From the NCBI RefSeq assembly GCF_009914755.1, contig NC_060937.1: DNA of 64,000 nucleotides, one strand, 5' to 3'. Below are positions 12,985 through 27,090 of the stretch, one piece after another. Position 1 is the first letter of the stretch; every line of letters starts with the position of its first letter. The stretch comes from the human T2T-CHM13v2.0 reference genome, Homo sapiens. A program made the translations under genes and the position numbers. The notes beneath the pieces are model-generated. The model saw only the letters and a list, made by a program, of their open reading frames with translations, searched no databases and was not told the DNA's origin.

Positions 12985-13407
12985 TGTGTTAGGGATCTCC
13001 AGAGAAACAGAACCAACAAATAGATAGATGGATAGAGAAGGGTTTGGGGAGGAGAAAGAGAGAGTGTGTTAAGGAATTGGCTCATGCAATTGTGGAGGCT
13101 GGCAAGTGCAAAATCTGCAGAGGGGGCTGGCAGGCTGGAGACCTAGGGAACAGCCAATTAGGTGGTTCAAGTCCGAAGGCTGTCTGCAGGCCGAATTCCC
13201 GCTTCTTCAAGGGAAATTAGTCTTTTTCTACTAGGGCCTTCAACTGACTGGATGAGACCCATCCATATTAAAGAGGGTAATCTGCTTTACTCAAAGTCTA
13301 CTGATGTTAATCTCATAAAGAAAAATACTTTCACAGAAACATCTAGACTGGTGTTTGACCAAATATCTGGGTAGTGGCCAGGTTGACACTTAAAAATAAC
13401 CATCAAG
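12985..13407 (-). mobile_element. ERVL solo LTR (MLT2 family)
   Basis: 'ctccagagaaacagaaccaa', 'aaggaattggctcatgcaattgtggaggctggcaagt', 'ttgacacttaaaaataaccatca'; 5-bp TSD gggcc. Confidence 0.9.
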
Positions 13408-14259
13408 GGGCCCCATAGAGCACTGTCTAAACATCAGTAATTCTCATCCCATAAACCCTCTGTGAAGTCAGTAACCATGACCCTAATAAGTCACTCACAC
13501 AATGAATAGGGTCCTATTGATGTCGTTAATGGCATAGAGTAGCTGGGACCAGACCTTAGATTTTCTTTATTTGTGCTTCCTTAGGAGGAAATAAAACAAA
13601 GGACAACAAAAGTTTGATACCAAGAATAATGTCAAAAAGGCAACTTGTTCCACAGATTTGGCAGTTAATAGATATTTATGCCAATATCTTACATATTAAA
13701 TTAAAAAGGAAAATATCTAAAGAGAGCACCGTACTCGGGACCAGAGTCTCCCCCTCCACCCTGCCATTAGGCCAGCCGTAGTGAAGTAGATCATCAGACC
13801 TACACTGAATACAGTAGCGGGAAGATTTGCTTCAGTCATCTACATAAAAGTGCGTGAGTTTTTATTGTACTTGAATCTGGAGAAGGATTGAAAGCCAAGA
13901 CCTTGCTGGGGTGATTTAATTTTTTCAGAAGGGTGATGCTCTATAAACTCAAGGTATGGCTTCCTTTTAAAATAGACAAAAAGGAAACAGAACTGAGCCA
14001 TGTATCTCTGAGAATGACACCTTGCTCTTTTCTCTCTTTCTTTCTCTGGAGCAAAATTTCACCAGGTTCTGACAGCCCATCTCAGTTATTCCCCCAGTTT
14101 ATGGCTGCTTGCCCGTCTTTTTTTGTTTGGTACACATGAGAGGTGCAGAGCACTTTCTGTAACCTGCTGTCAGAAAAGCAGCATGTCCTGGTTGGAAGTC
14201 CAAGGGCAAAGATGATACCCAGGATTTTAAAAGTGCCTCTCATGGGTCTAGGGAAAGAG

Positions 14260-14575
14260 GTTCTCTTAGATTCTGTTGGTAAAAGTGTAAATGAGAACAA
14301 TATTCCTGGAATACACTTTGAAAATATATAGCAAGTGCTTCAAAAATGTGTATGTACCTAGCAATTCTACTCTAAGAAATTTATCCTAAAAAAAATGATG
14401 GACAAGAAAGCAAAATGTATATACAAGGATATTCATTAGGGTATTCTTTTAATTGTGAAAAGCTGCAAGCAACCTAAATGTCCAACAATATTCAGGATTG
14501 AATAAATGAATTACAATTCATCTTGAGAATAGAATATTATATAACCATTAAAAATGATAAAATGATGATATAAAA
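14260..14575 (+). mobile_element. Old LINE-1 fragment (L1ME-like)
   Basis: 'agcaattctactctaagaaatttatccta', 'aacctaaatgtccaacaata'. Confidence 0.65.
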
Positions 14576-14638
14576 GTGTGTGTCTGTTTGCAGGCAGAAT
14601 TCCTGCAGATAGGACTATAATGAATATATGTATATATA

Positions 14639-15041
14639 CGTTAAATCAAGTTTAGCCTAAAGCTGCCTCTTTACATATTTTAAATTCAGCCTAAAGGTTT
14701 TTCTCTACATAGTGAACTATAACCTATATGGGGTTGTAAACAGACTGCAACTTACTTTTGTGTCGATCACCAAGTTTTGGCCAATCAAAAAAGGGGGCCA
14801 ACTGTTCAAACCATGTTCAAATAAGGCAAACACCAAGCTGTAACCAATCCGGCTGTTTCTGTACCTCACTTCAATTTTCTGTCTGTCACTTTTCTTTTTC
14901 TGTCCGTAAGTCTTCTACCTTGGGGCTGCACTGGAGTCTCCCTGAGCTCACTCTGGCTCGGGAGGCTGCCCAATTCATGAATTGTTCTGTGCTCAATTAA
15001 ACTCTGTTAAATTTAATTTGACTACGGTTTTTCTGTTAACA
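14639..15041 (+). mobile_element. ERV1 solo LTR (MER57A-like)
   Basis: 'gttaaatcaagtttagcctaaagctgcctc', 'gctgtaaccaatccggctgtttctgtacctcacttc', ends 'ttctgttaaca'; two CCAAT boxes. Confidence 0.8.
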
Positions 15042-15169
15042 TTTATATGCAAAGATATTTATGACATATTAAAAAGGAAATTAGGTCATAAAACATTATA
15101 TATTAAAAATAATTCCATTAAAACCCACACATAAGTTTTGATTGATATACACCAAAATATTTAGAGTGA

Positions 15170-15625
<456 letters not shown>

Positions 15626-17339
15626 TGAGGCCCATGAGGGCATCCAGGGAGGAAAACTGTTCTCAGCATTATCTGTTATTTTTCACCCTCCACTGGCATT
15701 TTAGCATCAATGTTGATGGTAACCTCTTAGATTGGATTTCCTTCTCTTTTGTAAAAAAGAAAATGCTCACAGACACCAATACCAGACAGTTCCTTGTAAA
15801 GAGTCTGGATCATGTACTATAGTTAGTGAAGGCAGCCGGTTAATTCTAGGAGAGGCCCTGATACCTTGTTGTCATAAAAACAGCATCTCTTTGAGATTTG
15901 CTAACCTACATTCATCGAGAAGGTTCTGGGGCTAAGGACAAAAAAACAGAAGTCAGTAATATAAACAAAGGTAGTACTGAGAAACCGTGTGTGGGTATGT
16001 GTATGTGCACACGTGCGCACGGGGGCGTGTGTGTGTGTGTTTCAGTGAAGACAGTTGATTTCTTTTCCTCCTCTTTGCAGACCCCGAGACCTGATATTTT
16101 TAGCGTATGTAATGGCAGGGCTTGAAATGATGCTATTTCTTGATAATGCTGGGACATTTCACCTTGAGTGCTCATAGAATAGATAACCTAGAAAACAGCC
16201 AGCACTTTTCAGATTGGACACTACAGAAATGTCAGCATACAATCGTGTTACCCTGTTCCTTTCTTGTACTGCTGACTTGTAATCAGAGATTTAGTCTCCT
16301 GACTGCACAAATGCTAAGAGCACTTGAAGTAGTCTCAGACTTTTAGAACCTGAAACACAAAGCAGAGGGCCAAAAGTCACTGTTTCTTAAAGAGGCAGCA
16401 AAGAGTGTGTCCAGGTGGGGGCAGGAGGGGGTTGAGGTGGGAAGGCAACACATTGGCTGTACACCTGCAGTGTCAGATCAAGCTTCAGGACCTGATGATC
16501 AGCATTCTCATGGGCCCCTTCCTTCTCCTGTCCTCACACAACAATGGAGATGGCAGGTTTCTTCTCTCGCCACATCTCTATCACCTTGGGGCACCTGCTA
16601 GCTTTCCCAAGCAGCTCTCTCACCTCATCCTGCCTTAAGCTGTAGTGATATATAAATACTTTTAAGACTTACTAGATTGAAAGTTCCCTGAGGGCACCAA
16701 CAATTTCTAAATTGGCTTGGCATGAATGATGTACAGCACCTAGCAGATATCTAGTTAAACAGATAATCATTGCATGAGTGAATGAACAGCAGGCGCTCAA
16801 AATCCACTCACTTCAATCAACAGAGAGAACAAGAAGTTGGACCTCTCTAAGAGAAACAAAAGCTAACTTTTCAAGCTCCTAATGGTTCAGTGGTAGTGTG
16901 TGATTCTCCTTTGTTAAGGAAGGCATTGCCTCTGACATCACAGCTTTGATGCTTTCTTACTCTTCCCCTCACAGCAGAAAAGATGGACTTAGCAATGGAA
17001 TCAAAAAAGCTCAGTATTCAAGGACGGGTTCTCCATCTGGGATCCTGCCTAATCATTTTCTCTTTGCACACCACTGCTAACAAGCTGCCTGGTGGTGGAG
17101 CAGGCTTAGTTTTTCCACTCACATACCCTTAAATAGATTCATAAAATCAGTTAATAGGTATTTATTATTCAATGATTATAGGCTCAACACCAAGAGGTGA
17201 AATACTAGTATTTATAGAATCTGGGACCGACACGAAAGTAAAGTAGTTTGTCACAGGCTATAAGGAATAGTATAGATCATTTAATTTACCCCTTTCTGCA
17301 GAAAAGACTACACCAACCATTCCAAGGCCTCAACACCAA

Positions 17340-17477
17340 ACTCTCCTCCTCCCTCTGCTTCTCTTCCTTCTCCTCTTTCTCTACCTCCTTTTCTCCCTCA
17401 GTTCTTCTTGATCCTTTTCTCCTTTTCTTTCTTCTTCTCCTTCTCCTCCTCCCCTCCTCCCCCTCCCTTTCTCCTTC
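17340..17477. repeat. Pyrimidine-rich (CT) low-complexity tract
   Basis: Direct reading. Confidence 0.85.
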
Positions 17478-18466
17478 AATCATCAGCCACAACCTTTGCC
17501 AAAGGCCTTGTGTACAGGGTACAATGCTAAGTGTGTAAAATGAATACAGAGAACTGTTAGATTAATTTATGTGTGACCTTGGAACTGTTTTACACTGTGG
17601 ACTGAAATAGAGACTGTGTCTTCCATTTCTAAACGACACTCTAGTACCTTGTTGCTACTCTGAAGGTCATGCTAACAACAGTAATAGAACGCACCACAGT
17701 TTACTGGCCCCGAGCCCCTTTTCCTCTCCCAGGGCCGACAGGAACACGGCCAAAGGCCAGCTCTGGGTGTTTCTATTAAAAGTGGCCATGGCATTCCTGG
17801 TAGAGGCTCCTGGGAGAGGGACTACTTCTCTAACTAGATAGTGCCTCCTCCTTGCATTCCTTTGAGAAGGGTGAGCTCTGCAAGTCTTCGCACGCATCCG
17901 CTGTTCCTCTCTACTCGCCGTTGCCCCATAGTTCTTTCTTCAGTGAAGGATCTCCATCCTCCCTGCTTCAGATTTAAATGCAGCCTCATACATTGTCCAA
18001 AATCACTGGACCAAACCCTCTAGGAGACATAAAGAGGAAAAAAAATGCTTCAAGGAATGAGTTATACATGGCAATGGATTCATACACTTTACGTAGCTCC
18101 TAGTTCCCTTCCATTACGTTAATTCTTCCCACTCAATAACCTAATTCCCTTCCCCACCCACCACACACATTTTCTTTTTTTCCTGGTGAAGAAGCTGATT
18201 GATGCTGAAGTCAGAATTCACCCAATTTTGCCATGATCTAAGTATTCAAGGCGATTGGCCTGAAGCTGCCAGGGACTATCTTAAGCCCACGTGAAAACAA
18301 CCACCACGGTTTCAGTAGACTCTATCAGGACTCCAAGGAGGCTAGGCTAGTGGTGATGTGCTAGTTATGTATTTAGGAGTTTTCTTGTGGCTGCACATCC
18401 TGGACAAATGCCAAGGTCAGGAAATCTATAATGGGTGATCCTAATATTTCCTCTTTGATCTGTCTC

Positions 18467-18947
18467 TGTAGCAGGACCAGCAGCAGACAAAACCTCTCAG
18501 ACACCAAGTTGTAGAAGGAAGGGCTTTATTCAGCTGGGAGCATCAGCAAGCTACTGCCTTAAAATCCGAGCTCCCCTAGTGAGCAATTCCTGTCCCTTTT
18601 AAGGGCTCACAACTCTAAGGATTTCACATGAAAGGGTCGTGATTGATTTGAGCAAGCAAGAGGTACTTGACATGGGCTGCATGCACCGGTGGTCAGAGAG
18701 AAACAGAACAGGGCAGGGAGTTGCACGATGTTCTTCTATACAATGTCTGGAATCTATGAATAGCATCGGTTTCTAAGTTATGAGTTGATTTTCAACTACT
18801 GGGTTTAGGCCAGGCAGGCCCAGGCCTGGTTTTGGGCCTGGCGCCAGGCTGCCTGTCTTTGATTTCACTTCTTTGTTTTTTTTCTTAAAACAGGTACTGA
18901 GTATAAAACAATATAAAACAATATGAGAGGGTCTCTGTCTTCCCTCA
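18467..18947 (-). mobile_element. ERV1 solo LTR (LTR15/MER51-group-like)
   Basis: TG..CA ends with 4-bp TSD tctc; minus strand begins 'tgagggaagacagagaccctctcatattgttttata' and ends 'gtcctgctaca'. Confidence 0.8.
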
Positions 18948-19470
18948 TCTCAACCTGACTTTGACCTGCCCCCGGGGAGGTGTTGCCTCAGCCTGTTGGT
19001 ATTACTCTCTCACAGTGTGTCCTGATTGCATGCTTATTTATTATTCATTTATTAGAGTTATTGGATGTGCTCATGGCTATCACCCTCGGGTGCATTTACA
19101 GGTAGGACAGGAGAAAGCCACAGCACCTGCATCTCCATGTTTATCAAGATGTATGCCCCTACTGTGAAACACTGTCTTTGTTTAATGAAGCTTTGATGGC
19201 ATACTTCTCAAACTTGGGTTTTCCTTTTAGGGGCTACCTAAAATGTATATTTGAGCCCTCTCTATCCAGTAGGTTAGAAACAGGCATTACTATTCAGGAG
19301 ACTGGGCTAAGTAAGAGCCAAGAGCCACGGCTGTTGGGGAGAAGGCCTCGTGAGCTAAAAGCCCCACACTGAAAAGTAATATCTGGTTCCTGATTAGGCC
19401 AACATTTGTGTTTCCTTTAGTTTCTAGTCTTTCTCTCTGAAGCTTGTTCTTTCTCTAAGTTATGAAAAAA

Positions 19471-19478
19471 CATGCACG

Positions 19479-19522
<44 letters not shown>
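19471..19522. repeat. (CA)n microsatellite with a (CG)-containing 5' part
   Basis: catgcacgcacgcgcgcacaca...; about 52 bp of purine-pyrimidine alternation. Confidence 0.95.
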
Positions 19523-19523
<1 letters not shown>

Positions 19524-20719
19524 CTGCAATATTGCAGTCCTATCCACAACACAAAGAAAGCATTAAACAGTTTTCCGGGGTGAAGGGAATGCGTCTTGTG
19601 TCATCTCAGCAGATCCTCCTTCGTGGACACTTTTGGAGGACAGAATACTCCTAATTTTCTGCATTACTTGTACCCTGATGCAAAACTAAGGCTATGAGTA
19701 TATTCATGCCAACTGCCCCTGAGGACTGTCTTCTCCGCTACATAAAAGGTGACAAAAGATTTGTAGTTTTAACTAGGTTACACCTGTAAGAAATTTTTTG
19801 TTTACTTTGAAAAGATTTGTAGAGAGCCAATAATGTTGCAGAATGCTCCTTCCTACTTAGGAAGAGAAATACTGCACTGAAAGGAATTTGAGAGTCCAGA
19901 TTTTATGACTCCGGCTAGAAATTTTCAGCGACTATAGAGAAAATAGGGGAACATGAGAGTGCTGTCATTTCTTCTGCCTCATTTTCTCCCACTGCTGCCC
20001 TTGTCCTACCAAAACCCACCCATACAATTAGGCCCGACTCTGGCAGCCCTGCCCTCCCTGCAGAGACCATCTGGAGCCCAGATGATCTCCTTGCCTTCTG
20101 GCAGCCCACATGAAAGGTTCTGACCCTCTCCACCAGCTGGGATTTGTCAGAATGACACTTGGTACTCTACCTCCTTCTGGTTGAGTGTGGGAACTGGGTG
20201 GCAGTTAACTCTGACCCTTCCTGGAGGGTAACACGTGGATGTTCCATCTGCTTACCTTCTCAAAGCTTGAATAGAGTGTGTCCCAAAGTACTCAGAAGCA
20301 GCCAGAGCCTCCCCTCCTCCAGTCACACACTGAAGAAGGGTCTGAGACCTACCCAGGGCAGAGGCCATCTGATATAGCCCATATGGGGCTTTGCTAGTTG
20401 AGCAGGGGGACCTGGAAACAGCACCCCACAGGCTCCCATCCTGGCCTAGCTGGGTTCTGGAGGCTGTTTGGAAGTCATCATTTGCCGAACTTGCCCCTTC
20501 ACCCCAGAAAACTGTTAATGCCTCTTGGCTTCTATTGTCCTATTGAATAGGACTTATATTCAGTTCTGAACTTGGGAGTGTCCAGGAAAGTCAGAAGGCA
20601 GCAAGGCTTTTACTCCAGGGATCCTGAAAGGCATGAGACCATCCAAGCAGGTACCTGGTCTTTCTGTTGTGGCTGGCTTGTTCTAACTGGGATCATTCTC
20701 AACCTTAAAAGCAATGCTA

Positions 20720-21014
20720 GGCCAGGCTCAGTGGCTCTTGCCTGTAATCCTAACACTTTGGGAGGCCGAGGCAGGAGAATCTCTTGAGGCCAAGAGTTCA
20801 AGACCAGCCTGGGCAAAAAATTGAGACTCCATAACTGACAAAAAAAAAAGCCCATAAGCCAAGCATGGTGGCACATGCCTATAGTCCCAACTACTTGGAA
20901 GGTTGGGGCAGGAAGATTCTTGATCCCAGGAGGTTGAGGTTATCGTGAACCAAGATCATGCCACTGCATTCCAGCCTGGGCAACAGAGCAAGACATTGCT
21001 TTAAAAAAAAAAAA
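20720..21014 (+). mobile_element. AluJ
   Basis: Diverged dimeric Alu with 'gaggccaagagttcaagaccagcctgggca'; A-tail. Confidence 0.93.
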
Positions 21015-21660
21015 GCTAAAGCTGAATCACTGGAGAGGAATGTTCTGAGTAATCTAGGCACTGAAGGATTGTCTATTGTTCCCCCGTTGTCTATTGATTA
21101 TTTCTATTGCCACCCTGTTATCCGGCCAGCAAGCAGCTCTTCCATCCACAAGCCATACCTTGGACATATTTTGCCAACCACAGCAGGACAGCACTGAACA
21201 AAGTTCTCTTCATGGGATGCGCTATCCCAGCTCCATTTTCATCTCAGCATTCCTTGTCTTTTGGGTGTGCCTGCTATAGTTCTTACTCCTGCTGCCTCTG
21301 CAAATAGTTTCTGTTGCTTATTTCCTGATGATATACTTTGTCTCTTGGCAATGCTGTTATTCCACCCCAGAAACACAGCCCCTAAACTGTTGCATAGGGT
21401 CTTTTTTTTTTCTTCTTCTTCAACTGTTTGAAAAAGATGATAAGAGCATCTGAATCTGCAATACAATAACCAGCAACCACTTACTGGACGAGCTTCCCAG
21501 GGGAAAAGCTCAGCTGTTGAAATGCAAATGTCGGATCAAAAGAGGTGAATCCCTTCTGAGAATAAGGGCTGCCCTTGCTACATTGGGCTTTACCAAATAT
21601 TTCAAATCGCCTTTCTGAGCTAAGCAAGGAGGAATAGTGGTATTTATCATTAGTCTAAAG

Positions 21661-21870
21661 CAGTGTTCTTAAATTATACGTCGTAATCCATTAGTGGATT
21701 CTGAAATCAGCTTAGTAGTTTACAACTGGCATTTAAAAATGGGAACAAATAGAATAGGATTAAAATATGAGTGTACTTCTCGTAATAAAGATACATTTCT
21801 TTGTGAAATTTTTGTTTTAGTGTATCCACATACACACAGATATATGAATGTGTGTATTAGAGTAAGACAT
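21661..21870. mobile_element. hAT-Charlie-type non-autonomous DNA transposon fragment
   Basis: Starts 'cagtgttcttaaa'; 'catgaaatc'-like core and 'aatagaatagga'; subfamily uncertain. Confidence 0.5.
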
Positions 21871-21904
21871 ACTATATATTTATGTTTATTTTTTAACCTT
21901 CTTG

Positions 21905-22195
21905 TTTTTTTTTTGAGACAGAACCTGTTCTGTCACCCAGTCTGGAGTGCAGTGGTGCAATCTCGGCTCACTGCAACCTCCCACTCCTGGGTTCAAGTGA
22001 TTCTCGTGCCTCAGCCTCCTGAGTAGCTGGGAGCATAGTCGCACACCACAACGCCCAGCTAATTTTTGTATTTTTAGTAGAGATAGGGTTTCACCTTATT
22101 GGCCAGGCTGGTCTCAAACTCTTGACTTTAAGTGATCCTCCTGCCTCAGCCTCCCAAAGTGCTGGGATTGCAGGCATGAGCCACCGCACCCAGCC
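21905..22195 (-). mobile_element. AluS
   Basis: Full dimer; TSD taaccttcttgttt/taaccttcatgttt. Confidence 0.96.
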
Positions 22196-22199
22196 TAAC

Positions 22200-22720
22200 C
22201 TTCATGTTTATTGTGAAATAAACATCCAGCAGCATATATACAATTTATCTATTTTAGAGTCTAAAGAAGCAGGAACCTGAATTCCTACTGCTATGATTGA
22301 GAACCAGAACAGAGCTGGTGCCTTAGAAGCCATCTCTGGACTCTCCTTCCCTCCCTTGCCTCCATCCCCTCAGAGGCAGCCATCATCCTAACTTTTATGA
22401 TAATTCCCTGCATTTCTTTATGATTTTACCACCCATGTATACATCAGGAAAAAGAGAGTTTTGTTTGGCCTGTCTTTGAGGTCTATGTAACTTGTTCTGA
22501 GATTTGCTTCTTCCGCTCATGGTAGTTTGTGAGATCTATCTCTGTTGATGTGTGCAGCTGGAGTTTATTCATTTTCACTGCGGCACAGCATTCCTTCCCA
22601 TAATTGCACCACGATGTCTGTGTCACTCTATGGGTGATGAACATGGAGTGTGCTCCAGACTGGGGGTTTACAAACAGTGCTGCTATGAACATTCTCCCTC
22701 ATTTCCTTGGCCTGCCTTTG
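22200..22720 (-). mobile_element. Old LINE-1 3' fragment (L1ME-like)
   Basis: 'gtttattcattttcactgc', 'ttacaaacagtgctgctatgaacattct'. Confidence 0.7.
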
Positions 22721-22799
22721 AAGGATTTTCTCTGGTTATACATGAGACATGTTGGGTTTGTGGACATACACCATCCACACTTGTAACTCTCTGATTTGT

Positions 22800-23024
22800 C
22801 ACTGGGTTGCTTAATTTCCATGTACTTATACAAATACAAAGTTCCTCTTGCTATTCATTTCTAGTTTTATTCTAGTGTGGTCAGAAAAGATACTTGATAT
22901 GATTTTTATTTTTTAAAATTTGTTAAGACTTGGTTTGTGGTCTAACCTATTACTATTCTGGAGACTGTTCTATGTGCTATTGAGAAGAATGTGTATTCTG
23001 AAGCTATTGGATGGAATGTTCTGT
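22800..23024 (-). mobile_element. LINE-1 ORF2 endonuclease-region fragment
   Basis: 'gtggtcagaaaagatacttgatatgattt', 'tgagaagaatgtgtattctg'; reverse complement of 27893-28119. Confidence 0.9.
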
Positions 23025-23191
23025 CAACAAGAACAACAGACAACGACTAGTACTTATATCAGAAGAGAGAAATGTTTTGAGTCCTTATTTCGATGTGTCT
23101 AACTTCTCTGAAAGATCTAAGGTGGCTACATGTAGCCAAGGTACTATTTCCCTTCATTTAAAACAAAATCCAAGATGGAGGGGAAGCCAGT

Positions 23192-23725
23192 TATTATAAA
23201 TAAAGTTTCGGTGCCACAAAAGAAATAGCACTCGAATATAAAATTTTCTTTTTAATTCTCAGCAAGGCAAGTTACTTCTATAGAAGGGTGTGCCCTTACA
23301 GATGGAGCAATGGTGAGTGCACACCTGGACAAGGGAGGGAAAGGGGTTCTTATCCCTGACGCACGTGGCCCTTGCTGCTGTGTCGATCCCCTATTGGCTA
23401 AGGTTAGATCGCACAGGTTAAACTAATTCCGATTGGCTACTTTAAAGAGAGTGACAGGTGTGAGTGGTTTGGCGGGAAAGAAATGGTTATGCAGGGTGGA
23501 GAATGAGTCAGGATGGAGAATGAGTCAGGGCGGAGCAGGTAATCGGGAGTGGAGCAGGTAATCGGAATGAGTCAGGGTGGAGCAGGTGATTGGAATGAGT
23601 CAGGGTACAGCAGATAATCAAAAAAGGTTGCTTTATGAGGAAGTCAAGTTTAAAAGTAGAAGGAAAAGAATTAAACATACTGACATATTGATTATTTGAA
23701 AAGAAATTTGAACTCATATCTAACA
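23192..23725 (-). mobile_element. ERV1 solo LTR10 (LTR10A/F-like, HERV-I family) with AP-1 repeat array
   Basis: Minus strand begins 'tgttagatatgagttc'; 4-bp TSD cagt; TGAGTCA at 23504, 23521, 23568 and 23596; CCAAT boxes; CACGTG. Confidence 0.87.
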
Positions 23726-24394
23726 CAGTGAAAGAACATTCATTTATTCATTCATCAAACATTTAATGATCACTTAACTTAATTCTAATTTTTTGAGTTC
23801 TTATTTCGATGTGTCTAACACAGAGGTTTTCCTCTGGTGTGAGACATTCTCCTGGCCATGAAAAGAACAGTCATGGGGAAGATGTTTCTTTACCAAGGTA
23901 TTCTTAAAATATTCTTAGAGTGTTCTAAAAGCTTTAGCAGTTCATGTAGTAATTAATATATTCAGATGGATTAGTCACTTACCAGCAAAACACTTGATTT
24001 CTTTAGCATTGCTAGAGGCAAAAAATCCCCAATGTTTAGCAGACTTAATCAGTAGCCCAGAGTCACAGTTGAGATCATTTATAAGGCCAATGGACAAGAT
24101 CAAGTGGCAAGGAGCACTGACCACCAAAGACTGATAAAATGTGTTATCTAATGAAATAAAATGAGTTTCCATTTTACCAAAAGGGGCTCACTTTCAAAAG
24201 GCCAGTCCCTATTGAATAAAATGTATATTCAATGAGCTACTCTCACTGACATTCCCACCACTTTCTCTTCAACCCGGCTCCACTCACGGAGCATGCCCTG
24301 ACTCCCCAGATCTGGTGCCCTCAGCCTCTGGGCAGCATGACCTACAGAGCCCCAGGTGAGAGGCCAGAAGAAAGGCGTGCATGGCACTGCCCTC

Positions 24395-24530
24395 TCGAGC
24401 TCTGTAACCTCTGAGAGTCACCAAGTCATTTTGACATACTGAAACTGTTTCCTCAACTGGAAAAAAGGGGTAATACATTTCCCCTTCTTCCCTCACAGGG
24501 TTCTTTAAAGAGAAAACTAAGATAATTACC
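24395..24530 (+). mobile_element. MIR fragment
   Basis: 'caagtcattt...ctgtttcctcaactggaaaaaaggggtaata'. Confidence 0.6.
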
Positions 24531-24722
24531 AAGTGTATCAGTCACGGTTCTCTAGAGAAAATCCAACTATATATGTTCAACTACACAACTAATACGATAT
24601 AGTTATAGATATTCTATTACATATATACCATATATATTTAAAATATATCTATAAAGTATATATCACATATAAAATATACATATGATAGACATAAAGAGAT
24701 TTGATTTAAAGAATGAGGTTCT

Positions 24723-25023
24723 GGCTGGGCACGGTGGCTCACGCTTGTAATCCCAGCACTTTGGGAGGCCGAGGCAGGTGGATCACGAGGTCAGGAGTTT
24801 GAGACCAGCCTGGCCAACATGGGGAAACCCTGTCTCTACTAAAAATACAAAAATTAGCTGGGCATGGTGGTGAGTGCCTGTAATCCCAGCTCCTCGGGAG
24901 GCTGAGGCAGAATTGCTTGAACCCAAGAGGCAGAGGTTACAGTAAGCCAACATCATGCCACTGCACTCCAGCCTGGGCAACAGAGCAAGACTCCATCTCA
25001 AAAAACAAACAAACAAACAAAAA
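24723..25023 (+). mobile_element. AluS (Sc/Sg-like)
   Basis: Full dimer; TSD aaagaatgaggttc/aaagagtgaggttc. Confidence 0.97.
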
Positions 25024-25179
25024 GAGTGAGGTTCACATGATCATGGAGGCTGGTAAGTCTAAACTTTGTAAGACAGGCTGGGAACTCAGGCAGGATTTCC
25101 ATGTTTCAGTCTTGAGGCAGAATTCCTTCCTTAGGAAACCTGTTTTTGCTCTTAAGACCTTCAGCTTATTGGATGAGGC

Positions 25180-25823
<644 letters not shown>

Positions 25824-26229
25824 GGAGTCCACCCGCAAGTTAACCATTATCTCCTTTACTTAAAGTCAACTGATTTTAGATGTCAATCACACAACTTCTA
25901 AACTAGTATTTGATGAAACAGCTGGGCACTGCAGCCTAACTCCCCATTAGCAAATGCATGAACACTTCAGCAGTAAAATGTGTCCTTACACTAAGTAAAA
26001 TAAAGCCTATCATTAGCCTTCCTGACTTTGGGCCAGGTTTGGCACCAAATGAGTTACAAAATAATCATTGGTCTTTGAAGCTTGGGAGATGAGAATTAGA
26101 GATGGAAGATCAAAGATTAATTTTACTTACTTCATAGTTTTGACTCTAGTCAGACCTGCCTGCCCAGGTATATTGAAAGAGCAAAGTACTTTTATCCATT
26201 TCAAATAGTTATATAATGGCTGCCATTCA

Positions 26230-26430
26230 TAAATATGTAATACTCTGCTACATATTAAATAAACTTTTTCTCAGATATCTTTCAGAACAATCCTGTGAGG
26301 TGCATGTTATGATGCCCATTTTATAGAAGAGGAACCTAAGCACAGAGAGGGAAAGTAATTTGCCCTAAATTACACAGCTATAAAGAGGCAGAGCGGGGTA
26401 GTGCATATGACCAGCTCACTATGCTGCCTC
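26230..26430 (-). mobile_element. MIR SINE
   Basis: 'cccattttatagaagaggaacctaagcacagagagggaaagtaatttgccc'. Confidence 0.8.
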
Positions 26431-26859
26431 CTCCCATGAGATGATGTGTACAGAAAGAAAGTCTCACTGTTCAGAAAACATAGTCCACGCTCTGGAGCCT
26501 ACATCATCACCACGTGTTCTTGGTGTCTCTTCCTAGTGCCCTCACGCTCATCTGACACTCATAAAGCCCTTTCATTTTGGTTTGTCCTCAGATAGCTGCG
26601 GGAAGAGATGCCCTAAAGATCTGGTGTGGATGCTGCCTTCCTCACAGCTCCTCAGTGGCTCCCCATTAATTACTCCACACAGGCAGTAAGCCTCATCATA
26701 GCACTCAAAGCCCCTAGGACTTGGCCTTAACTGATTGGTCGGTTTAGCAGCACCATATTTTATTGCTGCTTTCCAACTTTCATGTGTTCCACTAAACTGG
26801 AAAAACCTCCTCTCCCAATAGCTGCTGCGGCTTCTCCTCTGAGGTTGCTGAATGAAGCT

Positions 26860-27090
26860 TTGTGGTGTGGCAGAAGCAGGGAGGGTTCCAGAGTCCTACT
26901 GGCCCCCTGTTTCACCATCTGTGTTAACTTCAGGGAGTTATTTTCTCATTCTGAGCCGTTTTCCACTTGGAGGAGAGGGGCAGAGTTGTACCTACTGCAC
27001 AGGGTTGGTGTGAGGACTCAGAAGGATACAGAACATAAAGCACCAATTGTCCTGTGTTAATATAAGAAGGTTGAGAAATACTATTCTTTC
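26860..27090 (+). mobile_element. MIR SINE (diverged)
   Basis: 'gagttattttctcattctgagccgttttccac', 'cacagggttggtgtgaggactca'. Confidence 0.6.

Noticed and set aside
13770-13830. Minus-strand 'GLMIYFT' after a TAG, resembling the SLC7 'GLLIYFGYG' exon start
   Set aside because: Only about 7 residues match, a frameshift is needed, and there is no flanking similarity.
16060-16975. Strong splice-acceptor-like tracts at 16080 and ~16974
   Set aside because: No matching donor or sustained reading frame; such tracts are common.
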